DNA from: Callorhinchus milii
Taxonomy: Eukaryota
DNA: 64,000 bases
Direction of reading: 5' to 3'
Assembly: GCF_018977255.1 (NCBI RefSeq)
Contig: NW_024704743.1
Coordinates: 103,232,001 to 103,296,000, forward strand
Below the pieces are notes generated by a model. That model ran no database searches, had not been told where the DNA came from, and worked only from the letters and a program-made list of their open reading frames with translations. How positions within the stretch are numbered: position 1 is the stretch's first letter; the number at the start of each line of letters is the position of its first letter. The position numbers and the translations under genes are program-made. Below are positions 26,436 through 40,139 of the stretch, piece by piece.

Positions 26436-26757
26436 TGAGTCCTGTAGCTCAGTGGTTAGAGCACTCGCTTTGCAAGCGAGAGACCTGAGTTCAATTCCAG
26501 GCAGAGCGAAACCTTGGGCAAGTTTCCTTACTCCACACGCCTAATAATAATCCCTCCAAAACCAAAACCAATAATAAATTGGACATTTTCAATCCACGAC
26601 TGTTTGTGGGACACTGCTGTGCGTAATTGGCTGCCGCGTTCGCCCACAAATATACAGTCAATTCACTTTACAGTATATTCTGTGAAGCACTTTGGGACGT
26701 CTAGAAGACGTGAAAAGCGCTATATCAAATGCAAGGATTATTATTATTATTATTATT
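26436..26757 (+). mobile_element. Young tRNA-Ala-headed SINE, short form, TAGAA loop variant
   Basis: Full head with A/B boxes; 3' end gggacgtctagaagacgtgaaaagcgc; (ATT)n tail. Confidence 0.92.
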
Positions 26758-26839
26758 TGTAAGAAAGACGATGACTATGCCCTGCATCAACCCAGACTCT
26801 TGACATATGTTGCTTCATGCTACAACATTGGGATGAAAA

Positions 26840-26937
26840 TTGCAAAATCTAAACAGGATTTTGTGAGCTCAGGTATAGTAGCTTCAGGCTCCATAACACA
26901 TCCAAATCAGACTTAAATACCACCTGCACATTGAAAT
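26840..26937 (+). repeat. Unnamed old dispersed repeat A, copy 2
   Basis: About 97 bp closely matching the reverse complement of 31043-31140. Confidence 0.75.
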
Positions 26938-27049
26938 CCAAACCAGTTTATTCTCAGATTTGTTACTCATTTGATTAAGAAGTCATACCTCTAACTTGGG
27001 ACATCTTCCCAACGTGAAAGGTGCTATTTAAATCTAAGTTTGTATGAAA

Positions 27050-27472
27050 ATAATAATAATCCTTGCATTTGATATTTACGTCATCGAAAAGTCTCAAAGC
27101 ACTTCACAGCGTATGCAGGGTAAAGTGCATCTTGTGGTGAAACACAGCAGCCAGTTTGCATAGAAAAATCTCACAAACAGCCATGGAATGAGGCATCAAT
27201 TTTTGGGAGGGAATTTGTTGGCCATGACACTGGGAGAAATTCCTTTCTCTTTTTGAATAGTGCCATGGGATGTTTGACGTCCACCAGAATAGGCAGATGG
27301 GAACCTCAGTTTAACATCTGATCGAAAGGACGGCACCTCCAACATTGCAACACCTCCCCCAGCGATGCATTGGAGAGTTAACTCAGACTATGTGATTCCA
27401 AATCCTGATGTGGGTCTGATCCCACAACTTTCTAACTCAGACGTGAGCGTGCTATCACTGTCTCAGGCTGAC
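27050..27472 (-). mobile_element. Full-length old DeuSINE (SacSINE1-like)
   Basis: acctcagtttaacatctgatcgaaaggacggcacctccaaca (antisense Deu-type domain); head near 27400-27472; (AAT)n tail. Confidence 0.85.
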
Positions 27473-27721
27473 ATTTAACTGATTGTAACCCAGAGTCTCA
27501 TGCCTTGAGCTGCCAGACGGAAATCCAAACCACTCCTTCACCAGCTTTTGGGAGGTCTACCTGCAGCTCACCTATAATCAGTCAGGGTGTTAATTAGCAG
27601 CACAACTTGCTGTATTTTACTTTACCAAAACCCGTTAAGCCTCAAAGGTCTGATGATTTATAAAGCAATAGGTATTATAATAATAATAACCCTTGCATTT
27701 GATATAGCGCTTTTCACATCA

Positions 27722-30475
27722 TCTCAAGGGCACCACTTGCCCTATCACCCTACTCCTCTGGCTCTTTTGAGCACCTCACCCTCTCCCACTTCTCCCATCT
27801 CTCACTCCACATCCTCCTCCTCTACCGGCCCCTTAATACCTCTCCCACCTTCATCTCCGATATTTCTACCCTCCTAACATCTCTCTGCCTCAGCTCTGAT
27901 CGCCTCATCATCCTGGGTACTTCAACCTGCACTTCACCCCCTCCTGCTCCATCTCCTCGGACTTTTCCTCCCTCCTCTCCTCGCTCAACCTCTCCCTCCA
28001 CATCAACTCCGCCACTCGCATTCACAGCCACCCACTCGATTTGGTGATCACCCGGGGCCTCAGTGTCTTGGATGTCACTATTACCGATAAGGCCATCTCT
28101 GATCATCACTTCATCTCCTTCACCATGTCCACCCCCCTCCCTACTTCCACCAGATCCACCACCAACTTCTACCGCCCCTGGAAGAAGTTACCTCCACAAT
28201 CCCTAACCGCTGCCGTGGAGTCCTCTGAACTCCTCTCCCTCTGGCCTTCATCCCTCACTGACCCCTCTTCTGCTCTCACCCTCCTCCACAACACCCTCTC
28301 CTCCACACTCGACACTCTTGCCCCATCACCTCCCATACTATCTCTTACTCTCGCTCTTCCCCCTGGTTCACCACCCACCTCCGCTCACTGAAGAGCCAGG
28401 TGCGGGCCGCTGAACGCACCTGCCTCAAATCTGGCTGAACGGTCGACTGGCAAATCTGGCTGGACCTCCTCAAAGTCTATCGCTCCACTCCAGCCTCGGC
28501 CAAGTCATCCTTCTACTCCAGAATAATCCTGGAGGCGAAGAACAACCCCAGGCTTCCATTCTCTACCACATCCCGACTCCTCCATCCCCCCCGCCACCCC
28601 GTGCAGGTCATCTCCTCCAACCTTCACTGCGAGGAGATGCTGGATTTCCTTGAATCCAAAATCAAGGGAATCCGCGATCACTACCCTTCCAACTTCCACC
28701 CACCCCTCACCCCTTCCCTCCAACACTCCGACTCCTACCCATCCTCCCCTACACACCTTCGAACCCGTTTACCCACCCTCTGTCACCAAACTCATCCTGT
28801 CCTTGAAATCCACCACCTGCTCCCTGGACCCCATCCCCACTCCACTCCTTATCTCCCAGCTCCACCTCCTTGCCCCAATTCTCACAGAAACCATTAACCT
28901 GTCCCTCTCCTCTGGCTCTGTTCCCATTCCCCTCAAAATTGACACCATCACTCCCATACTGAAAAAACCCTCCCTTGATGCGTCGCAGCTATCAAGCTAC
29001 CGGCCCATCTCCAACCTCCCCTTCCTGTCCAAGGTTCTCAAAAGAGTCGTCACCTCCAAGCTACGCTCTTTCCTCTCCACCCACTTACTTTTCGAACCCC
29101 GCCAGTCGGGTTTCTGTGCTGCCCATAGCACAGAAACCGCCCTGGTCAAGGTCACCAATGATATCCTGACCATCTGCTCCCAGGGCTCCCTCTGCCTCCT
29201 CGTCCTCCTCGACCTATCGGCTGCATTTGATACGGTCGACCACTCTATCCTCCTCCACCGCTTGTCCTCCCACCTCAACCTTCAAGGCCCTGTCCTTGAG
29301 TGGTTTAGGTCCTACCTCTCCCACCGTCTTCATTTTGTCTCTGCAAACGGTTTTTCCTCCAGCCCCCGCACTGTTTCGTGCATTGTCCCTCAGGGCTCTG
29401 TCCTCGGTCCCCTCCTCTTCACCCTCTATATGCTCCCCCTTGGTGACATCATCTGCAGACATGGGGTTAAATTCCACATGTATGCAGATGACACCCAACT
29501 CTACCTTTCCTCTTCTACCCTCAACTCCACGACCACCGATGTCCTGATAGCCTGCCTGTCTGACATCGAGTCCTGGACGAGAGATAACTTTCTTCAGCTC
29601 AACGTGCACAAAACTGAGGCCCACCTGATTGGCTCGCATCAGCGTCTCCGCACCTCAGGCACTGACAGCATCCAAGGCTACACTCTCCACCTCTCAAAGC
29701 CAGTCAGGAACCTCGGTGTTCTGTTCGACCCTGAGTTGTCCTTTCTTTCCCACATCCACGCCACAACTGGCACCGCCTTCCACCACCTCGGGAACATCGC
29801 CAGACTACCGCACTACCTCACCCCTCACGCTGCTGAAACACTGGTCCACGCATTTATCACCTCAAGGCTGGACTATGGGAACTCTCTCCTCGCCGTCCTT
29901 CCCGGCACCTCCCTCCACAAGCTGCAGGTCATTCAGAACTCTGCAGCTCGTGTACTGTCCCGCACCAGACTTCGCGACCACATCACTCCCACCCTCGCTC
30001 GCCTCCACTGGCTCCCCATCCCCCAGAGGATCGAATTCAATATCTTCATCCTCACCTACAAGGCCATTCACGGCCTTGCACCCTCCTACCTCTCCGACCT
30101 ACTATCCCCCTACTTACCTGCCCGTACCCTCCATTCCTCTGGCTCCGGTCTGCTCCACATCCCTCGCCCCAACCGCCCTACCATCAGTGGCCGGGCCTTC
30201 AGCCTCTCAGACCCTAGGCTCTGGAACTCCATCCCCAGTGCCTTCGCCTTGCTTCCTCCCTTTCCTCCTTCATGGCCAGTCTCAAGACCTTTCTCTTCAA
30301 CCATGCCTTCAGCTCTGCTCTTGACTCTCTACCCCCTCCTCGCTCCCTCCCTTCCCTCCCCTCACCCTGACCATTTCCCCCCTGCTCGGGTCCTGACCCA
30401 ACTGTCCAGCGCCTTGGGACGTCCTCCCGACGTGAAAGGCGCTCTATAAATGCAATCTTGCTGTTGTTGTTGTTC
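27722..30475 (+). mobile_element. L2 LINE, 2.75 kb, 5'-truncated within the APE domain, inserted antisense into a SINE tail
   Basis: APE C-terminal motifs LDLVITRGL..SDH; RT ORF; 3' stem-loop and (TTG)n; host SINE pieces at 27676-27721 and 30476-30543. Confidence 0.96.
28650..30449 (+). pseudogene. L2 reverse transcriptase ORF (599 aa), disabled by upstream and C-terminal frameshifts
   Basis: [51 protein letters not shown]; reading goes out of frame after LWNSIP compared with ORF 1755-2369. Confidence 0.92.
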
Positions 30476-30659
30476 TTGATGTCTCATAGCGCTTCACAGA
30501 ATAGACTGTAAAGTGAATTGACCGTATATTTGTGGACGAACGTACAACTATGACTGATTCAGACATTAGATTGGGAAACCTTTAGGTGGAATGAGCTATA
30601 AGTGAGGTCTTTTTGAGCTAAACCAGCTCCAAGGTGACATGTCTGACATCCAACTGTCG

Positions 30660-30895
30660 GATTCGAGTCAAGCCTCTGTAGCGAGCTCAATCATCCGGTT
30701 CCCAAACAAGGCAGGTTTGTAGTACTCTAGGGTACTGCTGATGACAGATCAGACAGACTGACTCGGTGGACCAGTCACTGGGCACAGGGATCCTACCTAC
30801 ACTGCTCCTGTTAATCCTGCAAGCCACAACTCTCATAGATTGGATGGCCCTGGCTGAAGAAACAGCAGGATGCTTCCCAAACCGTGCATTCATTG
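30660..30895 (+). repeat. Unnamed old dispersed repeat B, copy 1
   Basis: tcgagtcaa.cctctgt..ctcaatca..ggttc..gcaggt.tgtagtact..actgctgatgacag..cagcagga shared with 49835-50075. Confidence 0.7.
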
Positions 30896-30919
30896 GAAAG
30901 CTGTGCACTTTTAGCTTGT

Positions 30920-31140
30920 TGAACACCTGCAGCGCCCCAAACCATGTTCTTTGCTAACCTACGCCTAATACTTTCTGGAATTACCTAAACAGAGTGCATC
31001 CCTCCAGGGAGAGAGTGTTATTTCCATTGCAGACACAGGGAAATTTCAATGTGTGGGTGGTATTTCAGTCTGATTTGATTGTGTTATGGAGCCTGATGAT
31101 AGTATATCTGAGCTCAAAAAATCCTGTTCAGATTTCGCAA
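30920..31140 (-). repeat. Unnamed old dispersed repeat A, copy 3
   Basis: Overlaps in sequence with both 7250-7450 and 26840-26937 in opposite orientation. Confidence 0.7.
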
Positions 31141-31889
31141 AAAAGTTGCGATTACAAAAATTACTAGATAGCACTATGCATGAGTAACTTCAAAACACAA
31201 ATACTTACTGGATTGAATCATGACATCCAGCAAATGGATCATGCCGCAGATGTCAGGGTTCCAGCTTATAGAACAGTTTGATTGATAATTTTGCTGTATC
31301 CCTGCTGCTTTTAACCATCCATTTCTACCAAACATCTCAATTCATTTTTTCGAAATGTGTTCAGGCCCATTTACTTTCAAGATCTTTGAAATAACATTCT
31401 GTTCTGGTCAAGATGGCTAGAAATTAATGCAATCCACTATATAATACTGAGCACTGCTACTAATTCAGTCCCTATTCAGGAAATATTTAAACAGGCACGG
31501 TCATGTGGCGAAACACAATTGTCATTAGGAATACAGACCACGTTAATCTGACAGGTTTGCATAACAATGCAAGTGTTGAATACTGAATCCACAATGTAAT
31601 GATGCCAACCTGTTGTAGACTTTAGTTGCTTAACTTCACATCACTCGCATGATATTGTCTGTAACATACTTGTTCCCATCCATTATATTTAGTCTTTCAT
31701 ATATGTTCCATGAAAAATACATAAACCCTGATGCTAAATTTTGCTCAGACTTGCAAAGCTTGTAAATTTCATATAGATATTATTTTCTGATACTCGAACA
31801 CTAATCAGCTAATTATCCTGTGTTCTGTTTCTTTACAATGTAAAGAAACATATGTTTTACAATGTAAACAAATATAAAGAAAACGATAA

Positions 31890-32090
31890 AGAGCTGGGAA
31901 AACTCAGCAGGTCAGGCAGCATCTATGGAGAAAGGAAAGTGAGCAACTGGCGAAGTTCTGACAAAGGTTCATGGACCCGAAACGTTGACTCACTTTCCTT
32001 TCTCCATAGATGCTGCTTGACCTGCTGAGCTTTCCCAGCTCTCTCTGTTCTTGTTTCAGATTTCCAGCATCTGCAGTATTTTGTGTTTTG
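31890..32090 (+). mobile_element. Short Penelope-like fold-back remnant with a decayed hammerhead motif in the loop
   Basis: Arms 31890-31943 and 31988-32042 inverted; loop AGTT CTGACAA AGGTTC ATG GACCC GAAA CGTT GACT; same family as 3505-4180. Confidence 0.85.
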
Positions 32091-33199
32091 ATAAAGAAAA
32101 AGATTTTTCTTAAAGTATCAAACCTTCCATCAATGTGAGAAATCTTTTCTGCAAACATTTTTGATGGCAATACGGCAATACTTTCTTTTTAAAATAAATC
32201 TGTGCAGTGACACTGGAAAGAGATGTTTGAAGATCACAGAAGAACCTGCAGATTTGACACAACTGGTATAATTCTAATAAGGGAAGTATCTGCAGGACTC
32301 TGGTAAATCTGATGTATAACTGCATTCTTGTCGTCAACTGTCTTGATATCTGGTCATGTCATGCTCTGTTGCCTGGCTGGCAGCCACGAGCAGAGTAATC
32401 AGCAGAATTATTACCCTGGTATAGTCTTTTAAAAATCAAACGATTGTTACTAGCCTGACTGCACAGAGTGCTGAACGCTGCTGTGGCTTCCATTTATCCT
32501 CAAACATAACAAGGAGACAAATGCTTCCATTATCATAATGGCCTTTTTTGACCGTAACAAACATGAGCATTGCAACATTACTGCCAGCGGCCTTTCACCA
32601 GTGAAATAATCAGGTGGTTCTCTCGCATCCAAATGATCCTGTCCAAAACTGGATTGTTCTTTCTCCTGTTTCTCCTTGTTGTGACAGTTCACACTCCTTG
32701 ATGTACGTGCAAATTTTAATAATGGTTTCGTACTAAGTGGCCTCTGTTCTCTCCTAACTCTGTCAGCGCGAGTCCCTCGGACTGGTATTCCCAGTTAACT
32801 CCAATTTCCAGTAACTGGAATGTCTAATCAGAGTCTGCTCACAATACCAGAACTCCAATGTCTACAGCTACTCTCTGAAATGCTAAGTCTTTTGCAAACA
32901 GCTTCTGCAACTAAATCCATTAAAGGAGCAGGCCTCCCTATTTCCTTTAAATAATATTATACAGTTATATATATAAATTATTTACACATTACTACGAACT
33001 GCAAGAATATGGTAACCATGACATTGTGGAATGAATGGTGATCCATCCAACAACAATGCCTAATTTCATATTAAATTGAGTACTTCATAATTTCTACATC
33101 TTTGCATTTTTTAGCACCTTTCATGCAAGGAGGACATTGTAAAGTGCTTGGCAGGATTGTGGATCTATGTATTTTAATAATAATAATAATAATGTGGTA

Positions 33200-33450
33200 C
33201 ACCTGTTGTTGGCTAGTACACCGAGAATAGCTCCCCTTTCTTTTCTAATCATGCAAAAGTATCTTTAACATCTAGACAGAGCCTCAGTTTTGCATTTCAT
33301 CCAGAGAACAGCATTTCTAACAATCCAGCGTTTCCCCAGAAATATACTGGATTCTTAGTCTAGACTGAGTTCACAAGCCACATTTGAGTGTTGAATCAAC
33401 AATACATCTGACTCAGAAGTGATAGTGCTACCAACTGACCCAGGTTGACA
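33200..33450 (-). mobile_element. Old DeuSINE
   Basis: gcctcagttttgcatttcatccagaga; ctgactcagaagtgatagtgctaccaactga head. Confidence 0.7.
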
Positions 33451-33509
33451 CATGATACCAGTTCCAGAGCACACCTGACAAAGGCCTATCTGGAAATCAT
33501 CTTCTAGTG

Positions 33510-33925
33510 TAAGCCTGGCTCAGTGGTAGCATGCCTCTGAGCAGGAAGATTGGTGGGTTTGAGCCCCACATCAGGACTTGGAATCACATTGTATAAGGTA
33601 ACACTCCAGTGCCATGCTGGGCAGGGTGTTGAATAGTCAGAGGTGTCGTCCTTTAGATGAGACGTAAAACCAAGGTTCCATCTGACTTTTGAGATGGATG
33701 TTAAAGATCCCATGTCACTATTCAAAAATAGAAGGGAGAGTCTTGACCAACAATCCACCAAATAAAATTGATCACTCATTCCATGGCTGTTTGTAAGTCA
33801 TTTGCACAAAATTAATGCTGCTTTTTGTCCACAAGATACACACTATGTCATGTGAAGCGCTTTATGATGACTTGACGACTTGATAAGGTAGTATATCAAA
33901 TGCAAGGATTGTTAATGTTATTATT
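33510..33925 (+). mobile_element. Full-length old DeuSINE, head-to-head with the preceding copy
   Basis: gcctggctcagtggtagca head; gtcagaggtgtcgtcctttagatgagacgtaaaaccaagg; tatatcaaatgcaagga tail. Confidence 0.85.
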
Positions 33926-34304
33926 GTTTTCCTTTTCGCCCTTGGTATTTGGGGGTGGGGGGGTGTTGTGGGATGATGCAAGAGGAGAAAGAAAATCAAA
34001 TAAGACAGATTTATCAATAATATACGCAGCAAGATGCTTTATAATTAACTGCTCATATCTATAATATGTGCTAAAAGGGGAGGAATTCATTAAATTATGG
34101 ATTAATTTCTTTCCTGCATATCAAGGACTAGCTGTACCTGTTGCAGCTTCGCTTGCAACCAAAGAATCCTATATGGAATGTAGATTGACTCACAGATAGA
34201 TACACACAGATAGAGAGACAAACATTTCCTCTTTATCTATATTCAGCTGGAAGGACTCCTGTGGGAGGTCTCAGTGGGTACACCCCTTTAATATATTTTC
34301 TCCC

Positions 34305-34500
34305 ACAGTCTCTCTCAGTGTCTGTCTCTCAGTCTCTCTGACTCTCTCGCTCAGTCTGTCTCTCTCTCAGTCTTTCACTGTCTCCCACAAAACACACAGT
34401 CACTGCACTTTATATTATATTCTCTCTCCCAGTCTCTCTCTCAGTCTCTCTTTCTCCCAGTTTCACTCTATGCCTCTCTCTCAGTCTCTCTTTGTCTGTC
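34305..34500 (+). repeat. Degenerate (TC)n-CAG minisatellite
   Basis: Recurrent tctctctcag units. Confidence 0.8.
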
Positions 34501-34805
34501 CCACATGGGATGACTCGAGCTCTCTTGACAACCAGAAAAAAGTGCCATAAATTTGTTGCAGAATATAGATGTATCTCTCTGAATGGTGTGGCTTTCCTCT
34601 GTCGCTACATAGTTGCAGAATACGATACATACTTCATATTTTGGGGCTTAATTAAGGCATTTTTTGACATAGCTCATCAATGATAGGAGATGCCCCCCAA
34701 AAAATATGGCCATGACACTGCCAGTTGCAAGACCTTTCTAATGAGGTATAAATCATATCTCTACATCAATCGGTTATTGTGTGATTGTCGGATATACTGA
34801 CACAC

Positions 34806-34893
34806 ATTATTATTAGTATTATATATATATTATATATATTATATATTATATTATATATATTATATAGTATTATTATTATTAGTATTATTAGTA
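34806..34893. repeat. AT-rich low-complexity tract
   Basis: Mixed (TA)n and (TAT)n. Confidence 0.85.
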
Positions 34894-35547
34894 TGATAGA
34901 AGAAGAGTAGGAGCAGAATAGGGTCAGAATATGGTGTTTGTGTTGGCAGAATTGGTAAAATTACAATTTTGGCCACGTTTGCTTTAATAAATTTCATGCA
35001 CCATCACCTCTGTAGTTATGAGATTTAGCTTGAAAAATTCATTAAAAATCAAATGTGAAATGATATTTCCAGACATACTTTAGCCTAACTCTCCTATTGT
35101 ATTTGTTCTTGATGCAATGTTAATTTCAACCAGAAGTCAATCTGAACACCTGTTTAATAACAAGAATTTAACAGCTCCTATGCACCTTAACAAGGCAATA
35201 TATCCACATAAAAATGCCTAATACAGCTGTGGAACATGAACTTTTGATCCCGAATGACACAACAACACAGCCTGGAAGTGCATTTGTGTGATCAGGCACT
35301 GTGAATGCTAATACACTCCGTTTCTGAACTACCACCAGCATATTTTTAATGTTTGTAAAGTTATTTCTCCAGCATGAAGAGGAGGGAAAATCTACAGGGT
35401 ACTACATAAGGGCAGGTGTAGCAATGAAATGCACCACTGAAATGGATATGTGTGAGGTACTTATACAGAAGAGATAGCAGTGAGGTGGAGAGGCCACTGG
35501 TAGAAAGTGTTATATGTGGGGAACACCAGAAAATGCAACAACTACAA

Positions 35548-35965
35548 ATAATAATAAGGCTTAGATTTGATAAAGCACCTTTCACGTCAGAAGGACATCT
35601 CAAAGCACTTCACATGATATAATGAAAAGTGTAACACATGCATTTTGTTGGTGAACATGGGAGCGAATTTGCGCACAGTAATGTTCCAAAAACAGCCATG
35701 AAGTGAATGATCAATTTTATGTGGGGCTTATTGACCAGGAGAAATTGGTTTCTCTTTTGAATAATGCCACGGGATCTTTAAAGTCCACCTGAACAGACAC
35801 AGATGGGACTTTGTCCTATTGGAAGATTGACTCCCCCAATAACAACGTGCTCCTCAGGAGCAAGCACTGACTGGTGTGTCAGCCTAGATTGCGAGTGGAA
35901 ATCCCAAGTGGGGTTTGAACCTACAACCGACTGATTCAGAGGTGAGAGTGCTGCCAACTGAGCCA
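35548..35965 (-). mobile_element. Old DeuSINE
   Basis: tgccacgggatctttaaagtccacctgaacag; ctgattcagaggtgagagtgctgccaactgagcc head. Confidence 0.82.
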
Positions 35966-37667
35966 ATTAACAACTGTCGGTAAGTTTAAGAATAAGACGG
36001 TGTCCATCAACAATATGGTTGAAATAGCACAGGTACAGCTGGGTAGCTGCAGATAGTAGCTGCAGATCTGTGCTTTCAAGCAGCCCTGTGCAGAATGTAT
36101 AGAGCCCAGAGGGCCTATCAGGGATTGTTGAAGAGACAGGCAACATGCCTTCTGTAAAACCTGCATGTCACAGTTGGTGATAACACTACAAAATTGCTAA
36201 ATAGGACAACTGCATGTCCACCAAGGAGAAAATTGAGCAGCAGACATCACTGAGCATATTACCAGATAAACTGCCCACCTCAACAAACTGATTTTTGTTC
36301 CAACATATGGTGCACGATGTAGTTGTTTATATTTACTTATGCCTGAAGCAAAATGTCAAGATGCTACAAAAGTAAATGGAACAGGAGATAAGTGGTAGAC
36401 AACAGTATCTAAACGGGATGTCAAATACATGTTCTGTGCCTGAAAGTATATCCATTGGAACATAATAATGGCCTGTTGCAGCACTTACTCGAACAAACTT
36501 GCTGATGTTTCACTGCTTGTAGTGGTAGTTTTGCTGTTGGTTTCTCATCAACTACTTTTATTGGGATACAATACAAATTTTAATTTATGGAGCACCTTTT
36601 ACATCAGGAGAACTTGCCAAAATGCCTACCACCACTGGCTGGGCACACGAGTTCAGGATGGAAACTGAGGGGAATATAGAAGGGAAACATAAGCAAATTG
36701 CAGTCAAAAAGCTATATCTTAAGACAGATCTTCACCAAGGAAAGTGAGGAAAATAATTGGAGGGACAGATATCTGCTACTAGGAATTCGTAACAATACAA
36801 TTTACATGTTTACAATGCGTTTCGTGTCAGGAGAGCATCTCAAAACTACTTAATATAACTTTCCAATTTAATATTTGCAAAGAGAAAATATTAAACATTA
36901 AGAATCATGAGCAGATGATGCATAGAAGATATTGACAGATCAACTTGTCTAGTTGTAATGAATCTTCCCCATAAACTTTGTTACTGATGTGATCTGTAGC
37001 TTAAATAACATTACGTTTTGGACCGAAATCTAACTTCACATCATCCAAAGAAAGTCATTTGGCAAATGTGTCTCAGTACAAAGTAAGTTTAAAACAGCTT
37101 TGTAAACCTTACTAAACACTCACTAATTCTTGACTGTTTTCACCAGATGGATCCCAAGACATCATTTTGTTTCAACATCAAGGGTTTTAGTTGTGACAAT
37201 GATCAAATGTGCCTAACATTTCTTTGCTGAAATGTCTATGATACTAAACTTTGAGTTACCATCACTGTATTAAATATGATTGACAGTTTTTAACTGACAA
37301 TAAATATGCTTTTTGAAGAGTTAAGTCACTTCCACTTAGCTGCTGAGACTCGGGGAAGTTTGTCACCAGGGATTTGAGTCATATTTGTTGTTATATAATA
37401 TTACGCACCAGTGCCACTGAAATCACTAATGCAAATGATTAATTTTCAGCAAAAACAGCTACAGTTAAGATCCCCGAGGCCAGTCTGATCTTTTGATTTT
37501 TTTCATCTGGGCAAGATATCTTCAATGTTTAACAATCTTTTTCAAGTTCAATTAAGTGCAGAATTTTTTTTACAACTTTGCCAGAAAAAAGAGGAATTGA
37601 AACTTACATTTTTATGGTGTTTTATCACATGAAAGTGTCTCAAAGCACTTTGCAGTTAATTACTATA

Positions 37668-38020
37668 GGCCTGGCTCAGTTGGTAGAATTCTTGATTTGA
37701 GTCGAACCATGCTGTGGACTCAAACCCACATTTGGACTTAAAATACAGTCTCCGCTGGTGCTCCAATACAGTGCTGGGGATGTGTTGTCTTGTTGGAGGT
37801 GTCGTCCTTTGCACGAAACCTTAAACCAAATTTCTGTCTGCCTATTCAAGTGGTGTTAAAGATCCCAGGGCGCTATTCAAAAAGAGAAGAGAAATTTCGC
37901 CCAATGTCCTGGTCAACAATCCACCAAATAATAAAAATCATTCACTTCCTGGCTGTTTGTGGGACATTGCTGTGTTGCATTTGGCTACAAAATACACAAT
38001 TCACAGCACTTTACAGTATA
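37668..38020 (+). mobile_element. Old DeuSINE
   Basis: gcctggctcagttggtag head; ttggaggtgtcgtcctttgc; ggctgtttgtgggacattgctg. Confidence 0.82.
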
Positions 38021-40139
38021 TCCCATGCAGCATGACTATTTTTCAGTATTACTACTATCAAGGGTGGTGACCATTTGCTGGCAAAAGATAGGAACATAAT
38101 ATGGGGTAGGGGGGTGGTGGTGGGGTCACAGTATGTGATATGATAACTATCAAATTTACAGACAATACAATTTTTGTCCTAGCCTGAACAGCAGATTTGG
38201 GAGAATGGACAATGGTTTCTCCTGAGACTATTCAGAAATTTTTGGCACCTCACTGGAATTTTACATAGAAACTAGTATTTGAGTATTATCTTCAAAAATA
38301 GATTTTGAATTTCATTTATTTTATTTTTTTAATTATTTTAAGTCCACTATCCAGTGCACAAGCATAAAATCCTCCCCCCACCGGGCATAATTTGTAGATT
38401 TTTGTAATCGGTAGACCCAGGATATTTATCACGTCAAATACAGTACATTTCCCCTTTTATCGCACAAAATAGCAATTACATAAAATGGCAACAAATTTAT
38501 ATGATTAACTAATTAAAGTCTGTTTAAGATCAAAGGACAGCTTTCCTATTAAACAATCTTGATCTTGTGCTATTTTAATCCTACAAATTATGAAAATTTT
38601 TGCTGAGTCGGTAAAATGCCTTGTTGGAATTATAGATTGAGAGCAGAGTAATAACCCATTTGCCTGCATTTTTTTATTGATATTTTTTCTTTTACAAAAT
38701 TACATCAAGGCCCACATAGTCCACAGCTTTCAAATTATTTCATTTATGAATTAAATTATTATTATATTATATATATGTTATTGGTGGTTTCAGTCTCATT
38801 ATGTTTAAAAATAACAATTAGTTTGCAAATAGGATTGTGACCTGGATGAGCTGAGTTACTATTGTGAGTTCAAGTACTACTGCAGCAAACAATTTATTAA
38901 AACTATTGTTAATACACTTTCATGTTCATTTGGGGAATACGCCTCCAGAATTGTACACAAGCTTTAGTTGGATCATTACTAGGAAGCAAAACTGGAGCTA
39001 GGTGGGCGGGAGGTTTGGACGAGAGAAGTCTTAATTATCTATTCATCTACATTGCAAATTAACTTGAAGAGCTTCTTTAGTTGGTTCACACAATATCCTC
39101 CATTTAAAAATTAGCGGTGGAGCCCAATATTGAAATGAGGCATGTCCGATTTTTATATCTATAAATATATTTGAGTGCAACTGTTTATTTCTTAAATGAC
39201 AGCTTTAATACATCCATATAGAATGCATGTTTTTTATACTGCTTTGTATTTTATGTTTATATTTGGACCAGTTTCGATCTTCATTAACCTTACAACAGCC
39301 ACAATTGAGTGGTCACTTAATCCTTCTGAGATTGTAGTTTTTCATCAATTCTGTCTGGGTGACCACTTTGAATGTTAGTAATGAAAGAGACTGTAGATAG
39401 ATCAGGATAGATAGGTCAGTATTTTGTGACACATTTAAGAGTAAGTTGTTCCCAAACTATTTTTGCAGACATCTTCGGTTGGTACCTGGTAGAACAATAT
39501 TCATATTTGAAGGTATCTTGGAATTTTGTTTGACCTTATGTTGAGTTTCAAACCACAGTTCTGATTTGTCACCAACAATGTCTCCCTCCACCTCCATAAC
39601 ATTGACCACTGTGCCTTTGCCTCACTCCACTGCTTTTGAAAATGTAATCAATGCTGTCATCTTGAACATAAACCTTTGCAAAGTTCTTCCTTGCTGACCT
39701 CCTCAGTGCCATTTTCCAAAAACTTCAACAGATCCAGAAATCTGTTTGAGTTATCGCTTGCATGTAGCACAAGAGGTCTGTGAGTGAACAGCTTACTCAC
39801 AAAATACACAGTCACATCACTTTTCAGTGAATACTGTGAATCTCTTTGACATGTCTCAATGAAATGTTAGGCTCCATATTAAATGAAAGAATTATTATAG
39901 TAACTAGTTATCCTCTACTTGTCATATTCTATTGGCTCCTTGCATCCTTGCATCTCAAACAATTTCAAAATTCTTCTGTTCTTGAAATCCCTCCATGGTG
40001 TCATCCCTGTGCAAACTTCTGCAGCCTTACATTTCGACTTGTACTCTTTGCTTTTCTGATTCGTGTTTATTGCGTATAAGCCACCATTTTAGGTCAGCTT
40101 TCAGCCACTAATTTCCCTGTATTCTAGAAGTCCAGTGCA

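Noticed and set aside
26436..26510. tRNA-Ala(TGC)-like sequences here and at 18190, 55035, 57885
   Set aside because: They are SINE heads: no proper acceptor stem, and they run straight into the SINE body and tail
26514..26762. Recurrent ORFs ending [11 protein letters not shown] (also 20937, 56501, 57613)
   Set aside because: Translations of the SINE body and (ATT)n tail, not a gene family
32450..32980. Unique segment with minus-strand ORF and upstream TA-rich tract resembling a first exon
   Set aside because: ORF lacks an ATG start and a clear donor; TA tracts are common in this window
38060..39370. ggtgacca and gtggtcac motifs suggesting DNA-transposon ends
   Set aside because: Matches of 8 bp only, with no consistent TIR or target duplication
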